DNA of 64,000 bases from Podarcis erhardii (Eukaryota), in assembly GCA_964252035.1 (NCBI GenBank), contig OZ176200.1; one strand, given 5' to 3'. Both the position numbers and the translations under genes were made by a program. The notes beneath the pieces are model-generated. The model was given only the letters and a program-made list of their open reading frames with translations. It did no database searches and was not told where the DNA came from. Below, in pieces: positions 60,926 to 64,000 of the stretch. The first letter of the stretch is position 1; each line of letters starts with the position of its first letter.

Positions 60926-61588
60926 GTTCCAACCAACCAATGCTGTCCATCATCAGCTCCTACTGTGAGTCTTTTCAGAATTAGACACTGGAGAGGCAGA
61001 GATACACCTGAGTAAAAAAGTTGCATTCTCACCCGGACATTAGAAGATCAGATATAGAGGTAAATTTGTATTAGACTGCAGCCTAAGGCTGTTTCATAGT
61101 CTCTAATACATTGGTCCCTGTACAAAGTCTAGAAATGATTTCTTAGGAGATTGGACAGTGCAGTTAGAAAACTGGGATGTATAGGTTCCATACTAATTCC
61201 ATGTTCTTTTATGACCAATTATATTGATCACATCTACATCTATAAAATTGACTGTTAATGAAAGCTTTCCATAAGATTCTTGAGCATGTTTCTAATTCTT
61301 CCTGCTAGCTTGGTGAGCCCCATGTATTAAAAATTATTGTAGATGCACTCTGTAAATGATGAAAAAATAAAGTTTTCCATTAGAGACTTGAAAAGAACAA
61401 CTAGCAATAAATTATCTCTCATAATAATAATAATACAATCAAATGTCACATACCAGAAGTGAATGATGGCTTACAATCTTCTAAAGAAAACACTGACAAA
61501 TCTGGCTGTTTTTTTTAACTGATTCTAAACTTAAAAGAAAACGTTGCCTAAAATAATCGCTGAGCTCAGTTTCTGGTGCTGGAACCTA

Positions 61589-61760
61589 NNNNNNNNNNNN
61601 NNNNNNNNNNNNNNNNNNNNNNNNNNNNNNNNNNNNNNNNNNNNNNNNNNNNNNNNNNNNNNNNNNNNNNNNNNNNNNNNNNNNNNNNNNNNNNNNNNNN
61701 NNNNNNNNNNNNNNNNNNNNNNNNNNNNNNNNNNNNNNNNNNNNNNNNNNNNNNNNNNNN
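61589..61760. other. Assembly gap (172 N)
   Basis: Run of N. Confidence 1.
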
Positions 61761-63265
61761 AAATTGGGCACCAATAATAAAATAGATGAGAGTCCTAATA
61801 AGCTCATTTGCGTAACATACATCATACACTACAAAACTATTCTCTCCAAACAGCTTTGCTCATACATTTGTCTCCTGATTGTCATCCATCTTGCCTATAT
61901 TACAAGGGTGTTTTTAAAGGCATACTGCTGCTTTCATGGCCATTCATTGGAAACCCTTTGTACAACTTTCCTGATTAACCTTAGTGAGGATCTTTGATGC
62001 TAATTATGGGTGGGGGGAGTTTGGCTATAATACACTTGCTGTCAGATTTTATTAGGGTGACGGTCGAAGGAAAATCTCAGACGGACATTTTGGAAAGATC
62101 ATCTAATTGCAAGTCAGAAACATAGAATGACAGTTTAAAATAGATTATGAGTTCTTTCAAAATAGGGCACTGGTTCCCTTCATTTAAAAACAATACCTTT
62201 TATACTATTATCCACCCAATTGCTGCAATGAGCATGTCCCTTGCCAATATTCCTTTTTAAGAGTGTGGCATCTCACTGACAAGTTTGGAAATGGCATGTG
62301 ACATTTATTATTAAAAATATCCACACTTCTAATAAATAACTTATTTTCCTTTTCACTCTACTTACATGTGAAAAATACAAGTGCCATCAAACAAATTTCT
62401 TTTAAGTACGTTTCGATTGTTTAGGAAATTCTGCTTGACTCATTGGTATGCAACCTGAGTGACTTTGGCATAACTACTCCTGTCAAATTATGGGCTTTGA
62501 AATATACATACAAATACATTATCTTTAAATTACTTGAAAACAATTAAATTTCTCGCATTGCTAGCCAATGAGTAGCACCTGTATTATTCCAGCTTGACTC
62601 CAGCAGTACAGTATAATAAATAAGTTAAATAATAAGCGCAGAATTTATGCCTCTTTACATGTTTTTTGTCTATAAAGCTATGATTATCTAAGCATGACAT
62701 TTTTTAATTTCTTGGGTTAAGTACTTTAAAAAATGTTTGTTCTTTTAAAAATGTAGTTCAGGGTGCTGCTATTTAATCCCTGTTCCTGTGTAATTAGTAA
62801 TGCATAGTATACTTCTTTTCCTAAATTAAAAACACTATTAAAATTCCAGTCATATAAAACAATATGAAAATTAAGTTATTCTGAAAGGAAATTATAATAG
62901 GTTACAGATTGCTTATATCATTACTGAAATGCTGGCATCTATCACAATGTCTCCCTGGAATAAAAAATGTGGGTTTGGCAATAATCTCTTAAAACATAGC
63001 CATTATTTTAAAGCTTCTGCTATCCCAAGTCGAAACTAGCTGGCAGATACAGGAAGATTTTAGGAGAATGGAAAGTATTGGGATAAGGGATTAAAAAAAC
63101 AACAACTATTTAGATCCATCTTGCTACTTGATAAACAAATTGTATGTATTGTTCTACCAGGTGTAACATTCCAGTTTTCTCCACAGGATTTTTTAAATAA
63201 AATTAATATTTGGTAGTCATTGTACTGTTTCTGATATCTGCAAAAAACCTTTTTTGTTTAAGCAA

Positions 63266-63594
63266 GGTGGGTGGCGCTGTGGGTTAAACCCACAGGTCGG
63301 CAGTTCGAATCCCCGTGACGGGGTGAGCTCCCGTTGCTCGGTCCCTGCTCCTGCCAACCTAGCAGTTCAAAAGCACGTCAAAAAGTGCAAGTAGATAAAT
63401 AGGTACCGCTCCGGCGGGAAGGTAAATGGCGTTTCCGTGTGCTGCTCTGGTTCGCCAGAAGCGGTTTAGTCATGCTGGCCACATGACCCAGAAGCTGTAC
63501 GCGGCTTCCTCGGCCAATAAAGTGAGATGAGCGCCGCAACCCCAGAGTCGGCCACGACTGGACCTAACGGTCAGGGTTCCCTTTACCTTTACCT
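63266..63594 (+). mobile_element. Sauria SINE, near full length with a short deletion between the A and B boxes
   Basis: ggtgggtggcgctgtgggttaaacc...ggtcggcagttcgaatccccg...ggttccctttacctttacct. Confidence 0.93.
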
Positions 63595-64000
63595 ACTCAG
63601 ACATGTAATTTCATTATGTACATTTGCTTTAAAACTGTTGATTTTATCTATTTTTAAATTTGTGTCTTCTTGTTTTTAAATTTTGACTCTAACAGTATGT
63701 TCTTATGGATACCTTTTATTGTTTTATGAGGTTTTTCTGATTAAACAGTCTATAAAACTTGTTAAATAAAAAATAAAAATAAAATTATGTTCCTCTCACC
63801 ACATGACAGGACAATATAGAAAAATGGCTTGCCTAGTGACTAGACTTACTACTTAACAGTCATCTTTAAACCCCTTGGCATTGCACAGTAAGCAATCTCA
63901 CATTGACATAACTGCTATAATAAGTAATTTCAAAATTTGAAATGCTTGAATTTTCTTGATTCAGAGTAAAGTGAATTTTATTTCAAATATTTCTGCATGA

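Noticed and set aside
61544-61829. ORFs spanning the N run
   Set aside because: Artefacts of the assembly gap.
57011-64000. Next upstream AKAP6 coding exon (recalled ...RQLEVRIKELK...QLQYFK)
   Set aside because: No matching sequence found by eye; it probably lies beyond the window, although the gap cannot be excluded.
1-64000. CRISPR arrays, operons or other prokaryotic systems; the remaining 60-150 aa ORFs
   Set aside because: This is eukaryotic intronic and intergenic DNA. There are no regularly spaced repeat-spacer arrays, and the short ORFs often use GTG/TTG starts, overlap repeats and lack recognisable homology.

Overview
Vertebrate genomic DNA from a squamate reptile, probably a lacertid lizard given the Sauria SINE, Bov-B and Squam3-type repeats. 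The window holds the 3' end of AKAP6 (mAKAP) on the minus strand: a 216-nt spectrin-repeat exon (57010-56795), the large 3.37-kb exon with the stop codon and PKA-RII helix (41490-38120), a 5.2-kb intron lying entirely in the 3'UTR, and a terminal UTR exon starting at 32925 whose end is uncertain. Bases 1 to about 26,000 are intergenic; in other amniotes NPAS3 lies further in this direction, but no NPAS3 sequence is recognisable here. The rest is SINE, LINE and MITE debris, several copies with clean target-site duplications, plus microsatellites and a 172-N gap. Almost all short ORFs in the track are spurious. Best leads: (1) a minimal hammerhead ribozyme motif from a Penelope-like element, sense to the AKAP6 pre-mRNA, about 520 nt past a donor site; (2) a strong 3' splice site in the same intron opening an in-frame 50-codon exon whose stop overlaps ATTAAA, predicting a truncated AKAP6 without the PKA site; (3) a MEF2+CRE+AP-1 cluster in the 3'UTR intron; (4) a triple-nested transposon and a SINE with a 43-bp flanking duplication. 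Comparisons to human AKAP6 and repeat consensuses are from memory, not from a search.
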